A stretch of DNA of 64,000 bases from Lingula anatina (taxonomy: Eukaryota; Animalia; Brachiopoda). The notes below the pieces were generated by a model. It was not told the origin of the DNA, did no database searches, and was given only the letters and a program-made list of their open reading frames with translations. Shown in pieces: positions 39,501 through 51,000 of this stretch (the stretch's first letter is position 1; every line of letters begins with the position of its first letter). The translations under genes were made by a program, and so were the position numbers. Location: assembly GCA_051362555.1 (NCBI GenBank), contig CM120647.1, positions 7,192,001 to 7,256,000 of the forward strand. Reading direction: 5' to 3'.

Positions 39501-42467
39501 AAAATCCAGTTAAATTTCACCTACGGATATATAAGAAGGTCATTTCGACATCAGGTTGATCCATTTGTGGGCTTTTATCTGTTTAAATTCATAAAGGTAG
39601 GTGCATTTGCAGGACCAATAAACAAATAAAACATGCATTTGAGATATTTTTATGTTGGTTTTCAAGTACTTTGCCTACATGTACGTTATTTTATGACAAA
39701 CGAGAACTTTACCAGGCTGAGACGTCAAGGTAGATGAGTATGAGCGTATGGAGATAACCCCAATTGATTGAGTTAAAAGTGAGATGTGAATAAAGAAGAC
39801 ATTGTACCTCACAAGAAGGAACACATTATTGGTTTCTTTTGAAAATTATAGCTTTTTAGTCTCAACATTTCTTGTTTTGACATTTCAGGTTGGAACCCCA
39901 AAGGGAGTGGGGGGTTTTGGCTGCAAAATGTTGGTTGTCTGGGAACAGAGAGCAACCTTACAGACTGCACTCACGATGGAATTGCGGTAACCACGAGTTA
40001 TATGTGTCGTCGAGATGGGTATGATGACGCTGGCGTCTATTGCCAGGGATACTTACGTGAGTATACACGTATGTCTTTTTGTTGGTCGACCAGGCTGTTT
40101 CCATCTGCCTCTCATCTGTTTTTGGAATTCGTCTGTCTATACAACAGCATGTCTGTGGACCAATATCTCCTTTCAGGAAATTCTTGAGAGAGATGCGTTT
40201 AATCTCATTATGGCATATTTCAAAACGGTTTGAACAGTTGAATATGGAAATTTAATAATTGATATTTGTCGTCTATCTTCTCACCAGCGGGTGTTACTCC
40301 AACAAGTACAACCACCACCACACCGCACACAGGGGCCACAAAAACCACCGTTGCAGTAAGTCGTATTTATTGCTTTCATTTTTTTCGTTCATTTTCCCTC
40401 AGAATATATTTAATTTGCTGTCTGTTAACTTGCATATATATGTATGTATATATTAAGGTTTAATATGCAATTAGAATATTCGAATATTATTCTAGTACTA
40501 GTTTGAATAAATTTATTATATTGGCAGTTACTTTTAAACGAACTGAAATTTTGCCAACAAAGACAGGATGCCGTCTGTTTACATTCACATATCACCAGAG
40601 GGTAGAAATGTGATTGACTGGTAAGATATAGATTTTATATCTCAGTCTACTGAATAAATTAACTTTTAGTGAACACGTAACCAAATTATATTTAGTTTCA
40701 GAGAGGACCTAGATGTTACACTTGCTCAGGTACCTCCTCGTGTGGCAAATCACAAAGCCCGTTTTTCAACACCTACATCACATGTTCTTATGGATACGTG
40801 TGCCACGTGAGTCTCTTTCTCCCATTTGCAAGCGCACACACACGAGTGCAGCGCAAGCACACGGTCACTCACTCTCACACACGCGATTTAACACTCATGT
40901 ACACACAAAAGCAATACCCCCGTCACACTAGAGGCGGAATGAGCAAGAATGTCGTCGGAAAGCAATGCTTTGTGCGTTTCTGGATATTCAAAGAGCATTC
41001 TAAAAATTTCAAGTGCAATCCAGATATATTTTTCCATTCTTGTGGGCGGCCAGAATGTTTTGCTCATGTTAAAATCTTTCAAAGTACATTTCATGTGGAA
41101 AATTATCGAAAGGCATTTGAATAGTATTCTAACTGCACTATGACTGTATTCTAAATATCTTCACGGCATTCCGATAGCATTCGAAACATTCTGATCACAT
41201 TCGAAGGAGAATTGAAATGGCAAGACACTTCAAACCCTGCTAGAATGAGCCAGAATGCAACTCGAATGCATCTCGATCCTATTTCAGCCAGCAATCGAAC
41301 TACACTCGTACGGTCTTCGAAGTGTATTCTAAATATCCTGACTACATTCTGACAGCATTATTGATATTCCTAGCTTTCCAACTACATTCGAGCTGCATGT
41401 AAGAGAGAATACAGCCGAAATGACCACGAATCATTCCAGGCGGATTCAAGCGCATTCTGAGTATTCCAACCGCATTCTTACAAGGTCAATTGAAATTTCT
41501 TCCAGATTGTAGTACGAATTTTTTAACTTAGTCATTCCGACTGGTTTTGCTTGATTCCTGCTGATTCCGAATAAGTGTGACGGGGGCTGAAGCAAACACT
41601 TGCGATAACGCACACTAGCGCAGATTTGAACATAAAACATTTTTGCGCCAACCATAACGACGTGTGTCTGAAATGAACAAGTTTATAATTTTAACCTGTA
41701 GCAGTCGGGTTCAGCAGCAGTATCCTCATAATGCATTAACTACAAATTAAGATAAAATACTTTCTGCACAGATTTAGTCTACTAAAGGCTATACACCTCT
41801 TCAGGTTTGTTCTCTTCTTGACGTCAAAGTAATATTTTATGCAAACATTGTTATCGCCGTTTTAAAATTATATTTCTTCTTCTTTCTTTTTCTTCTTCTT
41901 CTCACAATATTTGTCAAATATTTAGTCGCAGGGACAAGCATTATGTCTAATAGTCGAATAGCATGGCAGTCTAAATTTAACAATGGCCAGTGAATGCACC
42001 AATTTAAATTTTCTTATTTCACCAGCTTCAAGTTTAATACTATTTGGATGAGACCTAGAGGAAGCTCTGTTAATACATTGGACATCATTGATTGTAATGA
42101 TTATTTTATGTTATTCTAATAATAATGTTTTGTTGTTATCATATGGATAAACATATTTTTGCAGACCACGGCCTCGGCGTATCGCAGTTACGCTGTCGGT
42201 TTAGGTTATTCCACTATTGCCTACAGCTACAGTCGTGGGTGCAGAGTCCGATCATTTTGTACCAGCCGAGAGTTCCAGGGCAATACCTGCACAGGAACTG
42301 GGACCAGTAGGGTCTGCAGGAAGTGCTGTGCTAGTGATTACTGTAACAGCGGTACACTGGATACGTCCCAAACCAGCAAAACCCCCACCAATAGAGGATC
42401 CAGTTCCCAAAGTGATTGGTCTAACGTGTTCTACGTGCTTTTGTTCTTTATCTTTGCTTGGAATTAA
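21297..42467 (+). CDS. SRCR/Ly6-uPAR GPI-anchored protein, paralogue B (signal peptide, 5 group-A SRCR, Thr-rich linker, LU domain, GPI signal; 736 aa)
   Basis: Exons 21297-21369, 29486-29644, 31572-31739, 32132-32323, 33678-33818, 34449-34640, 35054-35194, 35525-35728, 37359-37484, 39243-39413, 39889-40056, 40288-40355, 40702-40806, 42165-42467. All introns are GT-AG and the phases join into a 2211-nt open frame. Each SRCR has 6 Cys split over two exons, with GR[VL]E[IV], C[RK]QLG and DAGVxC motifs. The LU domain ends in CCxxDxCN and is followed by a hydrophobic terminal tail with no cytoplasmic part. AATAAA at 42503-42508. Confidence 0.9.
23039..23699. mobile_element. Non-autonomous Kolobok-like element (TTAA target, AG...CT ends)
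   Basis: Inserted at the TTAA seen empty at 17759-17762. Related sequence at ~31760-32052. Confidence 0.65.
23900..24183 (+). mobile_element. CCC...GGG-ended MITE with TAT target-site duplication
   Basis: Same family as 12336-12618. The empty site AGTGTTTATGTCTTG at ~18027-18041 shows a 3-bp TAT duplication. Confidence 0.88.
30266..30950 (-). mobile_element. PIF/Harbinger-like MITE, copy 1
   Basis: TAA on both flanks and an AGGCCCCGTCACACT terminus. Reverse-complement homologue of 40915-41588. Confidence 0.8.
30954..31528 (+). mobile_element. PIF/Harbinger-like MITE, copy 2 (head-to-head with copy 1)
   Basis: GTCACACTGGAGGCGGAATGAGC start and CCGAATAAGTGTGACTGGGGC end. Same family as 40915-41588. 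Confidence 0.8.
32654..32799. mobile_element. Short palindromic Harbinger-like MITE nested in an older element
   Basis: GGCTCCGTATCTCGAAAGGTTCGCT / AGCGAACCTTTCGAGATACGGAGCC arms with CAG on both flanks. The host element ends GTTGTGACCGAGGCTT at ~32946, which matches the terminus at ~24476. Confidence 0.8.
35884..36345. mobile_element. MITE with ~105-bp terminal inverted repeats (CCC...GGG, TA flanks)
   Basis: 35884-35988 is a near reverse complement of 36240-36345. Confidence 0.85.
38990..39221. repeat. Near-perfect ~95-bp inverted duplication (foldback) upstream of an SRCR5 acceptor
   Basis: 38990-39085 is the reverse complement of 39126-39221 with one visible mismatch. The spacer consists of partial copies of the arm. 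Confidence 0.9.
40915..41588 (+). mobile_element. PIF/Harbinger-like MITE, copy 3
   Basis: CCCCCGTCACACT / AGTGTGACGGGGG TIRs. Absent from the matching site in copy A (~6210). Confidence 0.85.
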
Positions 42468-45400
42468 AGGCATTCACCGCACGCTTTAGAACCTAATGTA
42501 ATAATAAACATTTAATTATCTAGCAGTTTTAAAACTTACACGAAATTATTATGGTAAACTATATTCCAGAGCCATTCACAAAAACATGTTTTAAAAGCGT
42601 TTTTGGAGCCCAAAGTATCCAATTTTTTAAATGATGTTAGAATTTATGGTAAATATATAGATCAGATTGTTCTTGGTTTATTGGTTCATTGGTTTAAAAT
42701 AGGGTTTACTTTTTTATATAAAGGCATAGTTGCTGAATTTTTTCTTTATTTTTTCTTTATTTTACTTATGTGTTTGTTTATTTGTGTTTGTTCGATGTAT
42801 AGAGAATGTTTAGATGTAATTGATTTGCCTTCAAGAGAATTATAGCCTACAATAGAATTAAAATATTTTATCAAATTTATTCTTTAATCGCATAAAATGA
42901 GAAGTATGAGTGATTCCATATAATGATTTGAAAAAAAAACTTAAATATTAGTTGAAAATGCTTACTGCTATTAGATAATATATAACTGCTATATAATTAA
43001 TTGTATAATTTGTACCCAATCTACAATAGCAGGGAAATGGGACTGTTTTACTGTATCGGTGATCGATTGTAATACCCGGTAGTAAAATTCATTGCAAATC
43101 TTAGATAGTGTAATTTGCACCAAATCTAAAAGTCAGACAAACGGAAATATGTCTTTATATACTGTAGCCGTGCCTTGCATTAGTTGTATTGAATATTATC
43201 ATTGTGAGTATAATATTACGTGCATTGTATACGCAAGCATCATTTAACCTTGTATCAAATCGCTTGAGCCAAATTATAGATGAATAAAAAATAAATTTGT
43301 CTCGAAAATAGTCATATATTTCAACATAAAGAATTGCCAGTTCTGTCGCACTTCATGCTGGTAACTACAACCATAATAATTATTTCCATCACGGCATTTT
43401 AAAAACTCCATCGATTTCACAGCTTAATTTATTCATTATGCGCCCTTGTCATGCTAAGTTAGGTTTTTGCCGCTTTCTATACACAAACACAGAAGAAAAA
43501 TTAAAACCTGCTAGTGTCGCCCCCTTTTATGTGACACCTACATAACTATGCCCACATGATACAATGTGCTTTATAGTAGGCCTACATGGGTTCATTTCAC
43601 TCGTTAGCTAAACTTAAAGCCTGCTAGATTTAGACGGCTGATTTCGTCAAGCCGATTTTACAGTAGTGGGCTCAGAGCCTTTAAGAATGACTGCCCCACA
43701 GTACAGGTATTGTAAAAGTATTTGACGTACCCACGTTAACTACCGTCACCATGCATACGCGGTTTGTGTATATCGGTCTTAATACCAGTGTAATAACAGT
43801 TTGCTCAAGGTGTGCAGTTAAACAACGGTTAAGACTTCCTTTTGTGAAGTGCACACCGGTAAGCTTTAGGCCTTTGTAGAACGGGATTTCTAACCCCAAA
43901 GCTACTACAAACTAGTGAAATAGACCCCTGCCCACTCTAGGATCTTACATTTTGTTAATTGTGGTGGGGGTGGGGGAATGATAAATTAACCTTTTGCTAA
44001 AAGTGCTTAAACAGTAGACCTGGACAACTCTACTGTAATGATTTTGGGTACAGGGAGGCAAAATCGCAATGATTTGAACCTTTTCACTTTTTCTCAATTT
44101 CTTTCCTGAGGGAAGCTATCACTGAACCTAAAGGGGGGTCACGTGACGCACTGCACATCCCATCTTCGGTGTCGCCATTGCTGCCACGGCTAAGATACGA
44201 CCGACCCAGGCTCAACTGAAGCCGTAATCCACACACGTAACTCCATAACATGCCCATACGGTAAAGTATCCGTTAATTTGAGACGGCTATTTATGCGCAA
44301 TGTTTTGTGTATTTAAGAACCGGTATATGGAACGTCCATTGTGATCAAGTCACGATCTTCTTGGCCAGTTTCTAGTTCACCTTGCTTGTGGTACCTATAC
44401 TTTGTGTACAATATACATCGTCGTGTGGGCGTGAGACGAACTTTTCATGGCCTGGCCGTCCTTTAAGGCACTTTTAACAAGTGCTGTTTTGAGTAAAGAG
44501 TATTTTATATCAACATAAAGTTCTGTTGTCGGAGGATATTTGATGATGCCCTTAGCACAAAAACTGTGGCTTTACAGAACAAATAAGAGTTATATTGCTA
44601 TTGGGGTCTGAGTGCGTATACGGACGATCGAGACCGACAAAAGGTGGTTCTCCTTTTAAATCAAAAGTCTTCTTTGCTAATAATATTTTACATTCCAGTG
44701 AATGCATAACCCCGTGCGACACGACTGAGTACAGAAACTATGGACAACACGCCATAAAATGACTCTAAGCTACAACCTTATTTACCTGTAATTTGCGACT
44801 AAGGTCTTTTAACCAAGACGAATTCAGCGCAATAGCAACACCGATGTTGAGTGTCCTGTCCTGCTATGAAAGGACACAGTAACAAAAGAATAAGGAACTC
44901 TTTCTTTGCCACTGAAATTAGTGCTATTTAGAGCACGAGTCGTGACATAGAAGGGGGTAATTTTTTTCTAGGCGCAGCCTCGATATTGTATAACACATAA
45001 CAATATTGTTTATGCTCTGTGACGTAGTGCTCGGGACTACTCATCTAAAATTCGGAAATTGTCTGGAAATCGTGGCCCAACCTCGAAAAATAATTGGGTA
45101 CTTCTTCGCGTGCTGCATGCACATGCAGGTACAGTAGACGACTCGTGTTATACCTGGTACTTTTAATGTCATTATACAATATGCCTGTTTTCCTTGGGGA
45201 CTTAAATTTTAAAGCGTTTTTAATTAATTGCAGTGGACGAGTATTTATAACTCGGTTATCCCACGGTGACCAAAAGTACCTGGGTCCTATAGCACCTAAG
45301 GCGTGTGTCCGTGTTTGGTTACGACTGCCGTGTATTGAAGCGCCTGGCATCCGTGCGACAGGATTTTTTTTTTCTCTTTGTGCGAGTGGTAACACCAAGA

Positions 45401-46125
45401 CAAAATTTTCACCGCTGAGGAAATCGATGTATAACATCCGCTTTGAGAGATACCATGATTTAAATTTGTGTAAATTGTATGCAATGCGGTGTTCTTAGAC
45501 GGCATTTTAAAAAATAAAATCTAAAATTGTTTACAGCTTTGAAGTACGTGGTTATTTGTAAACAAAGATATGTGGAAATAGAGATAGGACAACCTTTTTG
45601 ACCAAGAGGGTACCTAGATTACAATGGTGTTATGTTCCCGCTGATAACTGAAACCAATTAGCTTTCCTAAACTGTTGTTCTCAAACTTCCAGAATAATGT
45701 CAGTATATCAGTTGTCACATGGTGCATGCGGTTTGCCTGACACCCAGTTAAGATTTGCAGTTAAGATTTATTTTGTACCTGCTTAAATGTAGCTTTGTTT
45801 AGGGCCTTGTGGAAAATTATTTATTCATTCATTTATTTATTTTTTATCTATTTATTTATTTATTTTATTCTGTTGGATTTCTGATGTTTTGAGGGTGTGG
45901 GTGTTGATGATAAATTCCCCCCATATTAGTTTGGACTGTTTTGTAGACCCCCTGCGGGTCTGTTCAATATTAAAAGGTCACTTGGATATATTTATGAAAA
46001 GTCTGGATGAAATACATAGATCAGTAGTACCCTAACAGCATGACATCTTTTACATGAATAACAAATTGCAATATATAACGGTTTTGTCTAAGAGAGAGAG
46101 AGTGCAATATATAACGATGTTTTGT

Positions 46126-46171
<46 letters not shown>

Positions 46172-46200
46172 AAAGATAAATTATTATTTATAATTACGCA

Positions 46201-46247
<47 letters not shown>

Positions 46248-46645
46248 GGAAACGTACCATGTATATGAAAAAGTAACTTATATTTCAGTGGCAATAACTT
46301 TTACTTAAATAAGCTGTTAATAAATTCTGGTGGAAATAACAGTTTTGTTGTCATTCAGATAAATGCAGCATACACGTATTTCGCGGTACTCTCAAATATG
46401 ATAACAGAAATACCAGTCTCTTTACACAATATTTGGTTTTTCCGTATCTGTCATTTCTAAAAGTAAACGGACCGCTACAGTATCTTGAATATTATGCATC
46501 ATAATTATCACAGTTTTACACTCTTGTTGAGAAAATTTGGTAAATAAACACGAAGTTAAAGTTACTTTCAATGCATGACGGTAGGATCACCTGGTCAAAC
46601 TGTCTGACGTCACATTCAAAATATCTCGCCGTTTCTCGCGAGATC

Positions 46646-47827
46646 TTATGGTCGTACTTCTCCCAAGGCCCCTTCAGTGTATCCTCTGTGGATTAACTTC
46701 TCAAAGGCTCGGTCGTAATCACGGATCCATCGCCCGTTGTTTTGTGCATAGTCCAGCACAATCTCGGCCGTCCCGGCCAGCCCACAGTCATCAACGTTCG
46801 CGGAGCAGGCTGTAACGCGGCCCACGGCGTCGGGCTGGATATTGCGGTACAGGCACATGTCCGCGTTCAACATAAAGAACGGAGGAGGCGGTGCTTGGCG
46901 CTTCTGACGACCCACAAGTCTGTCGAGGATTTCACGGAGAAGAGCAGTCTGGCTGCCTGACCCGTCATTGAGTTCGAGACCACGTGGGCGCCCACCCCGT
47001 CCTCGCCCGGGCCCTCCATTTAGTCGGCCTCCAGGGGGAGGTGGTTGCTGGGGAGCCGGTTGTGGCGGGGCTGGGGCCGGCAGTTGAGGATTCCACTGCC
47101 AGTGCCCAGTGCCGTCGGCACCGGGTGGATCTACATTCAACTGGGCCCAAGCCTGGTCTCTCAGGGCGATGTAGTACTCATTGTCAAACACGTCTCGGTT
47201 AGGCACCCACCTCCCTCTGAAGCCTGAGTTCAGGGGGGCGGCGGCGCCAACCGTGTGAGCACCGAGTAGGGCGACGATGTCACGTGGTGTCATGTTGAAG
47301 TCCGTCTCAAAGAAACCCAGGGTGGCCTGGAGTCCGGCATGACCGCTAGGGAAGGTATGGACCTCGGTCGTTGTCGGTGATGTTGGGCAGTCCGTCCTTC
47401 CCCAGAGAAACCTCGGCCGCGACACAGGGCAACGCGGACAGTTTGGGTGATTCAGAGAGCCCACTTCGCCTCCGACGATACCGGCCAACGCCCAGAAATC
47501 AGCACGAGAGATGACACCGGCCAGGTTTTCGGAGGCGTAGACACCCTCGAGGGACTCGATGACATTTCTGAGGCCGTTGTTCTCGGGGTTAGCAAGGTTT
47601 ATGCACCCGTCGCATCTCTCCCCAACACAGTCGTGAAACGACAGGCGGATAGTGGACGCTATCAGAGGCTGGATGGTTTGGCCATTGGTGTCCTGGATTG
47701 TAGTGTCCCTGATCAAGGTGGTCAGAATTCCTCTCACTCGATTAAAAGCAGCTTCAGTTAAGGGTGGGAGATCCCGCTGCCCGTGGACGACGCACAAAGT
47801 CAGCGAGAAGACTAGCAGGCGAAGCAT
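46646..47827 (-). CDS. Secreted heme peroxidase, peroxidase-catalase (plant/fungal/bacterial-type, APX-like) superfamily; intronless, 393 aa
   Basis: First ATG at 47827 in AAAACCATG context (the track's 47866 start is GTG). Signal peptide MLRLLVFSLTLCVVHG. Distal motif IRLSFHDCVGERCDGC, ISRADFWALAG helix, GRTDC, proximal ALLGAHTVG, GRW...FDNEYY, and MLNADMCL with the proximal Asp. Confidence 0.93.
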   Translation of the reverse strand: MLRLLVFSLTLCVVHGQRDLPPLTEAAFNRVRGILTTLIRDTTIQDTNGQTIQPLIASTIRLSFHDCVGERCDGCINLANPENNGLRNVIESLEGVYASENLAGVISRADFWALAGIVGGEVGSLNHPNCPRCPVSRPRFLWGRTDCPTSPTTTEVHTFPSGHAGLQATLGFFETDFNMTPRDIVALLGAHTVGAAAPLNSGFRGRWVPNRDVFDNEYYIALRDQAWAQLNVDPPGADGTGHWQWNPQLPAPAPPQPAPQQPPPPGGRLNGGPGRGRGGRPRGLELNDGSGSQTALLREILDRLVGRQKRQAPPPPFFMLNADMCLYRNIQPDAVGRVTACSANVDDCGLAGTAEIVLDYAQNNGRWIRDYDRAFEKLIHRGYTEGALGEVRP

Positions 47828-48261
47828 GGTTTTTGATACCGTCTTCACTTGGTCAGTTCTCGACACAGACTACCCAATGCCTCTGTCCGAGACAACATTT
47901 ATTTGCGCTGCCATGTGTACGTAAGTGGTCTCATACTAATATGCTATTGTGAACGAGTCACGATTTCTCTGCCGTGTTTGTGATGCGATTTGCTTGTGAT
48001 TAAGGGGTGAGAAAAGGGCGGGGTCACACTTTAGCCAGCGATATGAATCTATTCGATGAACGACACCCGTTCACTCTCAGATGCGAAAGATCTGTGCCTA
48101 TTGTATATTGGCTCTTTCGCAGCAATATACTGTTTCTGCTTTTCTCAGTAAAATGTTCAAAATGTATCAATGATTTGAAAAACGATCAAGTAGAAAGTCT
48201 GGACCCCCTTTACCAACCTCATTCGGTTCAACGGGAACGATTCTTCCTGGGGCAGGGACGT

Positions 48262-48373
48262 TCGAGGGTGACGATGACATTTCTGAGGCCATTGTTCTCT
48301 TGAGGTTACCGCACCCGTCGTGTCTCTCACCTACACAGTCATGAAACAACAGGCGGATAGTTGACGCTGTCAG
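48262..48373 (-). pseudogene. Frameshifted partial duplicate of the peroxidase distal-heme region
   Basis: Reads LTASTIRLLFHDCVGERHDGCGNL, then a small deletion shifts into ENNGLRNVI. Directly alignable by eye with ~47545-47665. No signal peptide or C-terminal part present. Confidence 0.85.
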
Positions 48374-48647
48374 ATGTTTTTCTTTCACCAATAATCACCA
48401 CTTTTTTTGTGAAAAATAGATTGTAGAGAGAAAATGTACGGATTGCGCCTGCGGGCTACGCATGTCTCCGCACCTAATATGGGCTATTTAGAGAAAAAAT
48501 TGAAGAAAAAAAAACATTTTTTAAAAGGCACTGTTATGATAAAGAGAACGTTTCTTAAATCTAGCCGCATCTGTGTCATAACACAAAACCCAGCTTTACA
48601 CTCACTAACATGTAACTTATAAAGTGTCCCGTGTAGATTTCACCCCT

Positions 48648-48658
48648 GGGAATTTTCC
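48648..48658. promoter_or_regulatory. Candidate NF-kB/Rel site upstream of the peroxidase
   Basis: GGGAATTTTCC about 820 bp upstream of the ATG; a GC box GGGGCGGGG lies at ~48016. Motif match only. Confidence 0.25.
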
Positions 48659-49005
48659 ATGCATCTAAATCCCCTAATGCCGATTTAAGGTATGCGCGCA
48701 TAAAGGGCCCTCGCACCGTATGTCGCTGTAATTATATTTATTTAAGGTAACATATGACGAGGCTTTATCCAGCGTTATAAACGGGTGGTCAACCGGCCGT
48801 GCTTTGGTTGGTGCAATTAGGAACGCGTGAATGATAACAAACAAGTCCCTGGGCAGTATCGAGAACTTCGCTCATGATGCAGGAGTCAACATGGGGCGGG
48901 TCCTTCTCTAATATATAATAAAGGACCTTTGTATGTAACTGTATTTATATTTATTTAATTAGCTAACATATGGCTGTGTTCTATTCAGCATTATGTACGG
49001 GAGGT

Positions 49006-49924
49006 AAAGCGCTATTGGATATCATTATGACCATGCTTGTATAGCCTGTTCACATGTCGTGATTGTGTGAGAAACTACGTAAACGCATCTTTTATTCAGT
49101 TTGCTGATGATGCTACTTTAGTAGACCTTATAAGCGATAACGAGACCATGTACGGACGTAATATTGAATCAGTGGTAGAGTGATGTAACGGTAATAACCT
49201 TATGCTAAATGTTGGGAAAAACGTAGAGGAATTTGGAAAGAATAAGAATGATAAGAAGCCTGTTTACATCAGAAACACTGTAGTTACTCAAGTGGACCAT
49301 ATATACTCCTTGTGGTCGATCTTTATATCAACTTGACATCATGGCGTAAGCACAGAAACAAACAGCTGTAGTAAGGGAGGCAACAGGTTTACTTTTTCTA
49401 AGAAAACTGAACAATTTTACTGGAAACCGATTGGTTTTATCTTATTTTCATATCGAAATTATTTTAGCCTCTGTTATAACAGTATGGAATAGGCGATTCC
49501 CTGAGGAGGTGATTAACAAATTAGATGGGCTTATTGAGACGTGCAGAATAATCATGGGGTTAGATCTCTTCTCTCTTAGAAGTGTTTGTATGAAAAGGGT
49601 GCTTCAAAAACCCAAAAGGGTTATTAATGATAACACTCACCTTCCTAACGAACTTTTTTTTTAAATTTCTCCCAAGCAAATGTAAACTTTAAACTTTTAG
49701 AGGAAGCAAACGTTTTTTTAAAAGCGATTATCTATTTTAATAGTAATACGTAATGATATTAACAATAGCTCTTAACATTTTTCCTTATACCTGCCGGTAT
49801 TATTTAACCTAATTTATTAATTTAATTTTTCTTTAACCCGAGAAGGCAAAACGATATCCGTTTCATGGGAATTGTATAAGGGATATGGAAAGGTTGAATA
49901 AATATTATTATTATTGTTATTATA
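49006..49924 (+). mobile_element. 5'-truncated, decayed LINE (Rex1/CR1-group reverse transcriptase)
   Basis: IQFADDATLVDLISDNETMY...E*CNGNNLMLNVGK from ~49095 and YFLRKL at ~49390. (TTA)n-like 3' tail; GAGGT at both junctions. Confidence 0.8.
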
Positions 49925-51000
49925 GAGGTGGTCAATCGGCCATGCTGTGATTACTGTATTTAGGAACTCGTGAATGACAACATACTGGACCCTGGGCAGT
50001 ATTAAAGCATCACCTTTTATATGAGTACACGTGCAGGGTACATAGGGTATACAGGTTAAAATATGTCAACAGTTGTAGCCAAGGAATCTCTTTTTCCCAT
50101 TGTCGCTGACAGTGAATATGTACACTGTTTCATCAACTGGAAATACGGACTGTATGATCACAGCTCGTAAACAAAACGTGCCAGTTCATTAGATATATAG
50201 ATATACTAGTACTTAACTTTATAGTGATGACCACACCGCATTTAGCGATGACGTGGAAATGTCACAAATATCTTGGGTAGTTAAAACATTAATGGGCGGT
50301 TACAGGAGTAATTAAGCTATGTGTTACTGTCCCTCACCACTGTCGCATGACAATTTCGGTCTCTTGACCCATTTCACATCGAGTGCATTTTGGGAGACTG
50401 ACAACTTGAAGGTCTGGCCATTACGAAGAGAATTACCTAACAGAAGCTTGCCCTTGTGCTCGACACGACAAATACTAATTAGTAAAATCCCTAAAGCAAA
50501 ATCACTTGCTCTGGTTAATATGACAGCAAATACATGTATATAATTATAAGCAAATAGACACTTTAATTTGCTTCAGTTGGAGACAGCGGTCAGGCTACAA
50601 TAAGACTGCACCAGTATATTACATGTACCCGGCATGGCACCACAGAAACAGCACTTAAAGGAAAAAATTGACAGTTCTATTTAAATATGTTTATTTTCAA
50701 AAGTCTTGTAGACGCTATTGCTTAAAGCACCCCAAGTTTTACCCCTTTTATAGTTTTTTACCCCCCCCCCTTCTCTTTAGTTTAGAATGGCGTCGCTATG
50801 GCAATATCACTTTGCTGATCATTATTCTGAATTTTGCGTATACAAAAATTATCTAATTTCTCCTCGCTCACTAGTCCCTTAAAATCGGTGAGACTGGGGA
50901 AAAGGGTTGGACTGCCCAGGGAATAACAATTTTTGCATTTTCAAGGTATGTCGCTCTGCATGCGTTAAAATACACAATGTAGTCTCCATGACAAACAGTA

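Larger units (their letters stand above)
37330..45090 (+). repeat. Segmental tandem duplication, copy B (homologous to ~190-14590)
   Basis: Same colinear alignment as for copy A. Confidence 0.9.

Noticed and set aside
45045-45505. Overlapping 130-134 aa ORFs on both strands
   Set aside because: No recognisable motif or splice structure; more likely a repeat-derived segment just past the duplication end.
47828-47866. 13-aa N-terminal extension of the peroxidase in the ORF track (406 aa)
   Set aside because: It starts at GTG. In a eukaryote the ATG at 47827, with good context and directly opening the signal peptide, is the better start.
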